From an uncultured Solirubrobacterales bacterium (lineage in GTDB: Bacteria > Actinomycetota > Thermoleophilia > Solirubrobacterales > 70-9), in assembly GCA_963739855.1 (NCBI GenBank), contig CAVUBT010000002.1, positions 124,613-188,612 on the forward strand: 64,000 bases of DNA, given 5' to 3'. The notes below the pieces were generated by a model that was not told the origin of the DNA, searched no databases, and saw only the letters and a list, made by a program, of their open reading frames with translations. The position numbers were made by a program, and so were the translations under genes. Below, piece after piece: positions 9,937 through 17,878 of the stretch; the stretch's first letter is position 1; every line of letters starts with the position of its first letter.

Positions 9937-10535
9937 GCACCGAGGGCCCGGCACCACTCGCGCGCCTCGTCGCCGAGCTCTCACGATTGCCGGGGATCGG
10001 CCAGCGGACCGCGCAGCGACTCGCCTTCCACCTGCTGCGGGCGCCGGACGATGAGGCCTTCGCGCTGGGCGACGCGATCCGCGAAATGAAGGAGAAGGTC
10101 GGCCTCTGCGAGGAGTGCTTCAACCTCGCCGAGGGCCCGCTCTGCCGCATCTGCTCCGACCAGAACCGCGACCGGGCGCTGATCTGCGTGGTCGAGGAGC
10201 CGGCCGACGTGATCCCGATCGAGCGCACCCACGAATACCGCGGCCTCTACCACGTGCTCGGCGGCGCCCTCTCGCCGATCGACGGGGTCGACGCCGAAGA
10301 CCTGAAGATCGCCGAGCTGCTCTCCCGGGTCGAGCGCGGTGGGGTGAGCGAGGTGGTGCTGGCCACCAACCCGACCACGACCGGCGAGGCCACCGCCCTG
10401 CACATCGCCGAGCGGCTGCGGGGCCAGGTCGCGGTAACCCGCCTGGCAAGCGGCCTGCCGGTCGGTGCGGATCTGGAGCACGCCGACGAGGTCACGCTCG
10501 GCAAGGCCCTGGCCGGCCGCCGCAGCCTCGATTAA
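9933..10535 (+). CDS. recR: recombination protein RecR
   Basis: ...LSRLPGIGQRTAQRLAFHLL..., zinc finger CEECFNLAEGPLCRIC, Toprim ...LICVVEEPADVIPIERT.EYRGLYHVLGG... TTG start overlaps the ybaB stop. Confidence 0.9.
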   Translation: MSTEGPAPLARLVAELSRLPGIGQRTAQRLAFHLLRAPDDEAFALGDAIREMKEKVGLCEECFNLAEGPLCRICSDQNRDRALICVVEEPADVIPIERTHEYRGLYHVLGGALSPIDGVDAEDLKIAELLSRVERGGVSEVVLATNPTTTGEATALHIAERLRGQVAVTRLASGLPVGADLEHADEVTLGKALAGRRSLD

Positions 10536-10629
10536 CCCGCAAATTGGATATCCGTCCTGGACGACCGTCGGGTCGCAAATAGCGGGTTTTAGCGACGCCT
10601 ACGTCCGTTGCTTTCGCCAAGGTCACGGC

Positions 10630-11382
10630 GTGGCGGGCCAGTCGAACTCAGGCAGCGGAGCGGAGACCGGTTCTCCCGCGGGCCGCATCGCCCGCGAGGT
10701 TTCCTCGCTGCAGGCCACGCTGCTGGCCAAGCTGCATGACGAACTGAGCGGGGAGTCCGAGCAGTTCGCCCTCGCCGCCCAGCAGCTGGCGGGGGACTTC
10801 GGCGCCGTCACGGCGACGGCGGTGGATGCCGCCAGCGAACCGGTGAGGACCGTGCAGCAGCGGGCGGTCGGCGCGGAAACCGAGCCGGCAGCCGACGAAC
10901 ACCGCGAGCTCGCCAGCCTCTATCGGCCCGGCCACATGCGGCGCCGGCTCGACCAGATGGCCGAGACCCACCGGCGCTACGGCCACCCGTTCGCGCTCGC
11001 CGTCTTCGACGCCTCCGGGCCGGGAACGCGCAACGGCGATGCCGGCGGTGGCCAGGAGACGGTGCTGGCGATCGTCGGCGCGGCGCTGCGCGACAGCATC
11101 CGCCTCGTCGACGAAGCCTTCCGCCTCGAGGAGGACGCGATCTGCGTGCTCGCCCCCAACCTGCGCACGGTCGAAGCGGTGCAGATGGCCGAGCGGCTGC
11201 TGGGGCAGCTGGAGGAGCTGGAGCGGGCGGGGGGGCTGCGGATCTCGGTTTCGGCCGGTGTCGTCGCCTGTCCCGAGCACGGCACCGACGTCGACGAGCT
11301 GCTGCACAAGGCCGACGCGGCGATGTGGCGGGCGCACGCGGTGGGGCAGCCGGTGGGCCTGGGCGCTTTGCAAGATCGCTGA
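10630..11382 (+). CDS. degenerate GGDEF-domain protein with N-terminal coiled coil
   Basis: The C-terminal fold ...YGHPFALAVFD...LRDSIRLVDEAFRLEEDAICVLAPN...ISVSAGVVACPEHG...LLHKADAAMWRA resembles diguanylate cyclases, but RxGGDEF is replaced by RLEEDAI. The GTG 10630 start is uncertain. Confidence 0.6.
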   Translation: MAGQSNSGSGAETGSPAGRIAREVSSLQATLLAKLHDELSGESEQFALAAQQLAGDFGAVTATAVDAASEPVRTVQQRAVGAETEPAADEHRELASLYRPGHMRRRLDQMAETHRRYGHPFALAVFDASGPGTRNGDAGGGQETVLAIVGAALRDSIRLVDEAFRLEEDAICVLAPNLRTVEAVQMAERLLGQLEELERAGGLRISVSAGVVACPEHGTDVDELLHKADAAMWRAHAVGQPVGLGALQDR

Positions 11383-11447
11383 CAGATTCCGGAAATTTGT
11401 CCATAACTGGTGTAAACCCGCACTTGAGGTGGGAGACTGGCGCGCAG

Positions 11448-12287
11448 ATGCCCGGAATCCGAACCAACGCGGCGGCCGAAGTTCTCGGCGTCAGCCCCAA
11501 CACCCTGCGTAGTTGGGAGCGGCGCTACGGCTACCCGGTCCCCAAGCGCACCGTCGGCAACCACCGCAACTACGAGCTGATGGAGCTGCAGACGCTGCGC
11601 GACGCGCTCGCCCAGACCGGCAACATCTCCTCAGCCATCGCCCTGGCCCGTCAGCGCCAGTCGGCGCCGGCCAGCGGCGGCGACATCCTCGCCGCGCTCG
11701 AGAGCTTCGACGAGAGTGCCGCCGACCGCGCGATCGAGGAGAGCCTGGCGCTGCGGCCGCTGGAGCGCACCGTCGAGGAGCTGCTGCTGCCGGCGATCGA
11801 CGAGCTTGCCGCCGACCCCGACCGCAAGGCCGAGCTGGAGTTCGCCGCGCGCTGGGCGACCGGCTGGCTGCACGGCGCCCGTCGCCTCGCCTCCGCCGCC
11901 TCGCGCCCGGCCGGGATCCTGCTGCTCGACTCCAGCCAGGGCCTCGATGCCGAGGAGGTCCACACCCAGGCGCTCGACCTCTCCCTGCGCCGCGCCGGCT
12001 TCCGCGTCCTCGTTCTCTCCAACGAGCTCGGCGACGAGCGGCTCGAGCGCGCCCTCGGCGCCCTCGACCCGACCGCGATCGTCCTCTGCGGCCCCGGCGC
12101 CGACACCAAGGGCGCCGTGAAGCTGGTCCGCAAAATCCGCGAGGTCGGTTTCGACGCGCCGCTGTTCGGCTTCCGCGCCAGCGGTTTGATCGGCGGCGCG
12201 ATCCCCTCCGCCGGCGAGAGTCCCAGTCAGGTGACCGGGATGCTCAACGCCGACCTGCGCCGCCGCGCCGCCCAGGCTTTCGCCTAG
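11448..12287 (+). CDS. MerR-family regulator with B12-binding-like C-terminal domain
   Basis: HTH ...AAEVLGVSPNTLRSWERRYGYPVPKRTVGNHRNYELMEL... The C-terminal Rossmann-like part ...ILLLDSSQGLDAEEVHTQALDLSLRRAGFRVLVLS... has a partial ExHxxG-type motif (G replaced by A). Confidence 0.65.
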   Translation: MPGIRTNAAAEVLGVSPNTLRSWERRYGYPVPKRTVGNHRNYELMELQTLRDALAQTGNISSAIALARQRQSAPASGGDILAALESFDESAADRAIEESLALRPLERTVEELLLPAIDELAADPDRKAELEFAARWATGWLHGARRLASAASRPAGILLLDSSQGLDAEEVHTQALDLSLRRAGFRVLVLSNELGDERLERALGALDPTAIVLCGPGADTKGAVKLVRKIREVGFDAPLFGFRASGLIGGAIPSAGESPSQVTGMLNADLRRRAAQAFA

Positions 12288-12304
12288 GCGGCGCTGACGC
12301 TGTT

Positions 12305-13312
12305 CTAGAGCGAGGCGATCGAGCTTTTCGCTGCGCTCAGCACGACCTTCGGGAGAGGCGCGAAGTCGAGCGCTGCTCCGTAGGCCTGGCCCTTGGTGAT
12401 TGCGTAGGTGAGGAACTGCTGGACGAAACCCTTCTGGGCGGCGTTGTGGGGGACGATGGCGTAGGTGAAGGTCGAGATCGGGTAGGCCGTCGTCGCCGAC
12501 TTCGGCGGGTTGGTGATGTTGATCTCGTTGCTCGCCGGCACGCTCTTGACCGTCGCAGCCGCGCTTTCGATGTTCTTCAGGTTCGGCAACTCGTAGTTGC
12601 CGGCCTTGTTCTCGACCGCGGCGGCGCCGAGGCCCGCGGCGATCAGGTAGGAGGCCGAGATGTAGCCGATCGCACCTGGCGTTTTGGTCACCGTCGCGGT
12701 GATGCCGGCGTTGCCTTTGGCGCCGACTCCGGCTTTGAAGCCGACCGTGGTCGCGTAGCCGACTTCGCTCTTCCAAGCGGGGCTGATCTTGGAGAGATAG
12801 TTGGTGAACGTGTAAGTGTCCCCAGAGCCATCGCTGCGGAACACCGGGGTAATGGTCAGGCCCGGAAGTTTCACCTTCGGGTTGATCTTGGTGATCTTCG
12901 GGTCGTTCCACTTGGTGATCCTGCCGAAGTAGATGCCGGCGATGATCGGCCCCGAGAGGTTCAGCGTCTTGACGCCGGGGAGGTTGAAACCGAGCCCCGT
13001 CGCCGAAAGGGCCCAGGGAACCTGGACGCAGCCGTTGCAGGCAGACGCCTGTTCCGGCGTCAGCGGCGCATCGGAGGCGCCGAAGTCGACGGTCCGGGAG
13101 GTTATCTGTGCGATTCCCGCCCCGGAGCCGACGGCGCCGTATTTGACCGGAATGCCTTCTTTGATTTCGAAGCCGTTGATCCAGTTGGCCATCAGCGGCG
13201 CAACCAGCGTCGATCCGGCTCCGGTGAGACCTGCGGCGGAGGCACTGGCCACTCCCGTCGCCATGACCATGACGGCCGCGATGGCCACCCCAAGCAACCT
13301 GATGCGATTCAA
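12305..13312 (-). CDS. pstS: phosphate ABC transporter substrate-binding protein PstS
   Basis: ...LTGAGSTLVAPLMANWINGF...VKYGAVGSGAGIAQITSRTVDFGASDAPL... TTG at 13312 is preceded by an AAAGGA SD and gives the signal peptide LNRIRLLGVAIAAVMVMATGVASASA. Confidence 0.9.
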   Translation of the reverse strand: MNRIRLLGVAIAAVMVMATGVASASAAGLTGAGSTLVAPLMANWINGFEIKEGIPVKYGAVGSGAGIAQITSRTVDFGASDAPLTPEQASACNGCVQVPWALSATGLGFNLPGVKTLNLSGPIIAGIYFGRITKWNDPKITKINPKVKLPGLTITPVFRSDGSGDTYTFTNYLSKISPAWKSEVGYATTVGFKAGVGAKGNAGITATVTKTPGAIGYISASYLIAAGLGAAAVENKAGNYELPNLKNIESAAATVKSVPASNEINITNPPKSATTAYPISTFTYAIVPHNAAQKGFVQQFLTYAITKGQAYGAALDFAPLPKVVLSAAKSSIASL

Positions 13313-13424
13313 GAGAATTCCTTTCGACTCGTTCGATGTCTGCGGGCGCAAGGGTGCAGCCCGGGCGCGGCATAGCATCGGGGGCCGAAATCACACACAT
13401 GTTTCAATCTCGTGAATGCCGGGG

Positions 13425-13464
13425 TGTTACAAAAATGTGACAGTAAGTGTGAAAGTTCGTAACA
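13425..13464. promoter_or_regulatory. candidate Pho boxes (four heptamers at 11-bp periodicity) in the divergent pstS/pstC intergenic region
   Basis: TGTTACA (13425), TGTGACA (13436), GTGTGAA (13447) and CGTAACA (13458) are each 11 bp apart in the most AT-rich part of the gap. Possible further units lie at 13391-13419 (TCACACA, TTTCAAT, TGAATGC). Confidence 0.5.
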
Positions 13465-13497
13465 AAGAGGGCGGCTTTCTCATCTACGCTGCCGCGC

Positions 13498-14493
13498 ATG
13501 AGCGCCAGCGCAGGCCCGGCAGTTATCGACACCCCGCAGTCCGCTCGTCGGTCGGGCCGGCGCCGTAAGCAGGCCGATCGGATCGGCGACGCCGTCCTCT
13601 ATGGCGTCTGCCTTCTGGCCGCCCTGCTCGCCGTCGCGGTGATCGTCCTGATCGGCTATCAGGTGGTGCACGGGGCCGGCCCGGCGATCTCGAAGTACGG
13701 CCTCGGTTTTCTCGTCGACACGACCTGGCAGCCGAACTTCGGCGAATTCGGGGCCGGCTCGCTGATCTTCGGCACCGCGATCAGTTCCTTCGCCGCCCTC
13801 CTCCTTGGCGCCCCGATCGCGATCGCGATCGGGCTCTATCTGAGCCTGCTGGCGCCATCGGGGGTGCGGGGTGTGGTCGCGCCCCTGGTCGAGATGCTGG
13901 CGGCGATACCCAGCGTCATCCTCGGCTTCTGGGGCGTCCTCGTCCTGGCTCCCTTCGTGCAGGGGAGCCTGGAGCCGTGGCTGCACGACACGCTGGGCTT
14001 CATTCCGATCTTCGGCGCCCCCGAAACCACCGGGTCGAGCGTCTTCACCGCCAGCCTGATCCTGACGATCATGGTCGTGCCGATCATCGCCTCGATCTCC
14101 CGCGACCTCTTTCTGGCGGTTCCGCGCGACGTTCAGGACGCCGCCAGCGCGCTCGGCGCGACCCGCTGGGAGGTCGTGCGCGGAGTCGTCCTGCCCTCGA
14201 CCGCCTCGGGGGTCGTCGCGGCGTCGCTGCTCGGGCTCGGGCGCGCTCTGGGCGAGGCGATCGCCGTGGCTCAGGTGATCGGCGCCGGCGCGGAGATCCA
14301 GGCCTCGCTGTTCAAGACGGGAGACACGCTGGCGGCGCGCATCGCCAACCAGTTTCCCGGCGCGCTGACCGAGATGCACAAAGCTTCGCTTTTCTACCTC
14401 GGCGTGATCCTGCTGGTGATCGGCGTCGCCTCGAACCTGATCGCCCAGTGGATCGGCAGGCGCTTCAGCTATCGGGGGGCGACGGCGCGTTGA
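13498..14493 (+). CDS. pstC: phosphate ABC transporter permease PstC
   Basis: 331-aa permease with ...[18 protein letters not shown]... (EAA-like loop). It sits upstream of pstA/pstB with 4-nt overlaps. Confidence 0.9.
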   Translation: MSASAGPAVIDTPQSARRSGRRRKQADRIGDAVLYGVCLLAALLAVAVIVLIGYQVVHGAGPAISKYGLGFLVDTTWQPNFGEFGAGSLIFGTAISSFAALLLGAPIAIAIGLYLSLLAPSGVRGVVAPLVEMLAAIPSVILGFWGVLVLAPFVQGSLEPWLHDTLGFIPIFGAPETTGSSVFTASLILTIMVVPIIASISRDLFLAVPRDVQDAASALGATRWEVVRGVVLPSTASGVVAASLLGLGRALGEAIAVAQVIGAGAEIQASLFKTGDTLAARIANQFPGALTEMHKASLFYLGVILLVIGVASNLIAQWIGRRFSYRGATAR

Positions 14494-15365
14494 GCGGCGG
14501 GCGCTTCGACCCGACCGCGCCGCTGACCCCGAGCGGCAACCTGCGCCGGCGCCAGCTGTTCAGCAGGCTCGCCGAGTACGGGGCGACCGCGGCGGCGGTG
14601 CTCGCCGTCGCGGTGCTGGCGATCGTCATCTACACGGTGGTGGTCCGCGGCGCCAGCGCCCTCGACCTCGACTTCCTCATCAGGGGCGCCCCGGAGGGGA
14701 TCGGGCCGGAGCTCGTCGGCACCGCGGTGATCGTCGCGATCGCAACCGCGATCGCGATGCCGATCGGGGTCCTCGTCGCCCTCTTTCTCACCGAGTTCGC
14801 CGGCAATCGCGCCACCCATCTGATCCGCTTGACGCTGGACCTGATGAACGGGCTGCCCTCGATCATCATCGGGCTCTTCGTCTTCGGCCTGCTCGTCAAC
14901 CACCAAAAGCAGTCCGGCCTGGCGGCCTCGGTGGCGCTGGCGATCATCATGATGCCGCTGATCGCCCGCGGCGCCCAGGAGGTCCTGCTGCTCGTCCCCG
15001 CCAGCCTGCGCGAAGCGTCCGACGCGCTGGGGGTGAGCCGCTGGCGGGCCGTGCTCGGGATCGTCCTGCCCAGCGCCCTCGGCGGCATCCTCACCTCGAC
15101 CGTGCTCTCCGTCGCCCGCGCCGCGGGGGAGACGGCGCCGCTGATCTTCGCCACCTCGGTCTTCGACCCCTCGCGCTACTCGCTGAACCCGTTGGAAGCG
15201 CTGCCCAACGTTCCCGTGCGGGTCTTCCAGCTCTCCGAAGAAGCGAACCCAGAAGGGTTCGCCGAAGCCTGGGGCCTGTCCTTCGTGCTCGTCTCGCTGA
15301 TCCTCTTCGCGAGCCTCGGGGCCAGGGCCCTGCTCGCCCGCAGCCGCCGGAGGATGGCTTCGTGA
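14490..15365 (+). CDS. pstA: phosphate ABC transporter permease PstA
   Basis: TTG 14490 overlaps the pstC stop. ...[32 protein letters not shown]... Only the last 291 codons of the listed 13977 ORF are used. Confidence 0.85.
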   Translation: MSGGRFDPTAPLTPSGNLRRRQLFSRLAEYGATAAAVLAVAVLAIVIYTVVVRGASALDLDFLIRGAPEGIGPELVGTAVIVAIATAIAMPIGVLVALFLTEFAGNRATHLIRLTLDLMNGLPSIIIGLFVFGLLVNHQKQSGLAASVALAIIMMPLIARGAQEVLLLVPASLREASDALGVSRWRAVLGIVLPSALGGILTSTVLSVARAAGETAPLIFATSVFDPSRYSLNPLEALPNVPVRVFQLSEEANPEGFAEAWGLSFVLVSLILFASLGARALLARSRRRMAS

Positions 15366-16270
15366 GCGAGCTCGAGCGGATTCAGGGGCTCGACCCAACC
15401 ACTCCCGCGGTGCCATCGCGGGTGCGGATCCGCGGCGAGGCGCCGACCCCGGCGGGCGCGGCGACGGCCAGCGGCAACGGCCAGCTGCGCGTCGCCCCCG
15501 AGGTCGTCTTCGACTCCCGCGACGTCTCCGTCTTCTACGGCGCCAAGCAGGCCCTGGCGGGGGTCTCGCTGCGCATCCGGCGTGGCCAGATCACCGCCCT
15601 GATCGGTCCCTCGGGCTGCGGCAAGACGACCTTCCTGCGCAGCCTCAACCGCATGAACGACTCGGTCCCGAGCTTCCGGATCGACGGCCAGATCCTCTAC
15701 CACAACCACGACCTCTACGGCGACAACGTCGACCAGGTCGAGGTGCGCCGCCGGATCGGGATGGTCTTCCAGAAACCGAACCCCTTCCCGAAGTCGATCT
15801 ACGACAACGTCGCCTGGGCTCCGCGCAACCTCGGCCTCAAGTCGGACCTGGACGAGCGGGTCGAGAAAGCGCTGCGCGGCGCCGCCCTCTGGGACGAGGT
15901 CAAGGACCGGCTCAGGGACAGCGCCCTGGGGCTCTCCGGCGGGCAGCAGCAGCGGCTCTGCATCGCCCGCGCGATCGCGATCGAGCCCGACGTGCTGCTG
16001 CTCGACGAGCCCGCCTCGGCGCTCGACCCGATCGCGACGGGGGCGATCGAGGATCTGATGCACAGCCTCAAAGGCCGCTTCACGATCGTGATCGTCACCC
16101 ACAACATGCAGCAGGCGGCGCGGGTCGCCGACCGGACCGCCTTCTTCAGCCTCGACTCCAGCGGCGCCAAGCCGGTCGGGTCGCTGATCGAGTTCGACGA
16201 CACCGAGACGATCTTCGGCCAGCCGCGGGACCCCCGTACCCGCGACTACGTGACCGGCCGTTTCGGCTAG
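15362..16270 (+). CDS. pstB: phosphate ABC transporter ATP-binding protein PstB
   Basis: Walker [37 protein letters not shown]-terminal ...[10 protein letters not shown] typical of PstB. There is an unusually long N-terminal extension. Confidence 0.9.
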   Translation: MSELERIQGLDPTTPAVPSRVRIRGEAPTPAGAATASGNGQLRVAPEVVFDSRDVSVFYGAKQALAGVSLRIRRGQITALIGPSGCGKTTFLRSLNRMNDSVPSFRIDGQILYHNHDLYGDNVDQVEVRRRIGMVFQKPNPFPKSIYDNVAWAPRNLGLKSDLDERVEKALRGAALWDEVKDRLRDSALGLSGGQQQRLCIARAIAIEPDVLLLDEPASALDPIATGAIEDLMHSLKGRFTIVIVTHNMQQAARVADRTAFFSLDSSGAKPVGSLIEFDDTETIFGQPRDPRTRDYVTGRFG

Positions 16271-16294
16271 GCGCGTCACGACCTGCCGCCGAAC

Positions 16295-16316
16295 GGTCGC
16301 CGTCGGTTTGGCGACC
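16295..16316. terminator. hairpin between convergent pstB and the 16324-16629 gene
   Basis: GGTCGCC-GTCGGTTT-GGCGACC, a 7-bp stem with no clear U tract. Confidence 0.35.
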
Positions 16317-16323
16317 TCCGTGT

Positions 16324-16629
16324 CTACGCCCTGACCAGGTGGTGCAACTCGTAGGTGTACTGGACGTTCGGAGGCGATCCTTCACCGCTGTCCATCAATG
16401 GTTTGAGCGCCTCGGCCAGGCGGCCGTCGCGGAAAGCCTCCCAATCGCCCTCGGACTCCCAGGCGTTGGCGATGCGGAAGCTGCCTTTGCCGGTGTAGCC
16501 GGCGGCGTGAACGATCAGGCCGTCGGGCGGATCGCCCTCGATGTTCAGCCTCCCAGAGACTCCGTCGTAGTTGGTCGTGCTGCGGTCGGTTTCCTCTACC
16601 TCGAACTCCTGGATCTGCATGATCGCCAT
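16324..16629 (-). CDS. small ABM/dimeric alpha-beta-barrel-like protein
   Basis: 101 aa, AGGAG SD upstream. ...PPDGLIVHAAGYTGKGSFRIANAWESEGDWEAFRDGRL... resembles ABM-fold proteins. The family assignment is tentative. Confidence 0.6.
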   Translation of the reverse strand: MAIMQIQEFEVEETDRSTTNYDGVSGRLNIEGDPPDGLIVHAAGYTGKGSFRIANAWESEGDWEAFRDGRLAEALKPLMDSGEGSPPNVQYTYELHHLVRA

Positions 16630-16735
16630 GGCTCAGCTCCTATCGGGGTCCGCGAGGACCCGTTCGATTCCCGAGTGAGCCGATCATCTCCCGCGCGCCC
16701 TCCAGGTGCAAGGGTCACCCGTCAGCTCCTCCTGG

Positions 16736-17167
16736 TCAGCCGCGCAGGATCGCGTCGCCGGAGACCTGCGGCAGCAGCGAGTTCCCGCACTGCCAGCAGA
16801 AGGTGGCGCCGCTGCTGTGCGGAGCCCCGCAGGAGCCGCAGGAGCCGGACGCGCCGGTCTCCTCCATGCGCACGATGCGCTCGACCTCGCTCAGTTCGGC
16901 GTCGGCATCCTGCAGCTCGACCGCGCGCTTGACCAGGACCTCGACCTTGATCCGGTTGCGCGTCGCCATCTCGTAGACGAGGCCGCCGAGGTCCCACTGC
17001 AGCTCCGCGACCCGGGCGACGAGCTGCTCGCGGCGGCGCTGCAGGTCGACGACGAACTCCTGGCCGTAGGCGGCGCTCAGCCCCCCTTGCGGGGCCGGCG
17101 TCGTGGCCGGGCCGGGCGCGGTGGGGATCGGCGCGGCGGCCTTGCGCTTGGGAATCCCGAGCCTCAT
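16736..17167 (-). CDS. coiled-coil protein with C-terminal zinc ribbon
   Basis: The ATG at 17167 overlaps the upstream stop (ATGA). Pro-rich N-terminus, coiled coil, C-terminal CGSCGAPHSSGATFCWQCG (CxxC-x10-CxxC). Confidence 0.65.
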   Translation of the reverse strand: MRLGIPKRKAAAPIPTAPGPATTPAPQGGLSAAYGQEFVVDLQRRREQLVARVAELQWDLGGLVYEMATRNRIKVEVLVKRAVELQDADAELSEVERIVRMEETGASGSCGSCGAPHSSGATFCWQCGNSLLPQVSGDAILRG

Positions 17168-17754
17168 TCGCCGAAGAATTCCCCGGTGAATTCGCCGCCC
17201 TCGCAACCGGCGGCGCCGCTCTCGCATTTGCCCCCAGGCTGCACGGTGGGCGGCGGCAGCTTGATGTCGCCAGCGGGCTTGAGGACTTCGGCGGCGGCTT
17301 CGGAGGTGCCGCTGCTGTCGACCGCCTTCTCGGGGGCTTTGGCTTTCTTCGCCTTGCCCTTGCCGCCAATTTCGTTGCCGCTACCGGCGGTCGACGCGGT
17401 CGCGGTTTCTTCGCCGCCGCCGACCCTGATGATCTGCGGCGCCGGTGCCGAGGCGACCGAGCTGCCGTTGTCGCCCGACTGTCCAATCATCACGCCGACC
17501 CCGATCGCCAGCACCAGCGTCGCCACGCCGGCGATCAGCGAGGCGTTGGCGGTCATCCGCGAGCGCCGCTCGGGTGGAGGGGAGGAGGGCGAGGGCTGGG
17601 CGGCCGCGGCGCGGTCGGGGTGCTTGATCGTGTCCATGAAGACCACGGCGTCCATGAACGGCAGCCGTGGATCGCCGCGCCGGAGGCCGCACTCGAGGCA
17701 GTAACGCTGGTCGGCGGCCATATGGGCGCCGCAAGACGGGCACTGTTCGCTCAC
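17164..17754 (-). CDS. zinc-ribbon / single-TM protein
   Basis: GTG 17754 gives VSEQCPSCGAHMAADQRYCLECG (CxxC-x10-CxxC), a TM segment ASLIAGVATLVLAIGVGVMIG, and a Lys-rich extracytoplasmic tail ending GGKCESGAAGCEGG. Confidence 0.6.
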   Translation of the reverse strand: MSEQCPSCGAHMAADQRYCLECGLRRGDPRLPFMDAVVFMDTIKHPDRAAAAQPSPSSPPPERRSRMTANASLIAGVATLVLAIGVGVMIGQSGDNGSSVASAPAPQIIRVGGGEETATASTAGSGNEIGGKGKAKKAKAPEKAVDSSGTSEAAAEVLKPAGDIKLPPPTVQPGGKCESGAAGCEGGEFTGEFFGE

Positions 17755-17794
17755 CGGCGCATCTTCGGTCCCGGCCCCCAACCCAGTGTTTAAG

Positions 17795-17844
17795 AGTTGT
17801 GAAGGGACGGGTCCCGCTGGGACGAACTCAGGATGTTCACAACT
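17795..17844. promoter_or_regulatory. inverted repeat in the divergent promoter between the two zinc-ribbon genes
   Basis: AGTTGTGAA (17795-17803) and TTCACAACT (17836-17844) are separated by 32 nt that contain GGGACGGGTCCC. It lies in the ~125-nt gap between starts 17754 (-) and 17879 (+). Confidence 0.4.
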
Positions 17845-17878
17845 GGGAGGAGATCTCAGGCGAGGATTGGCGCCCGGC

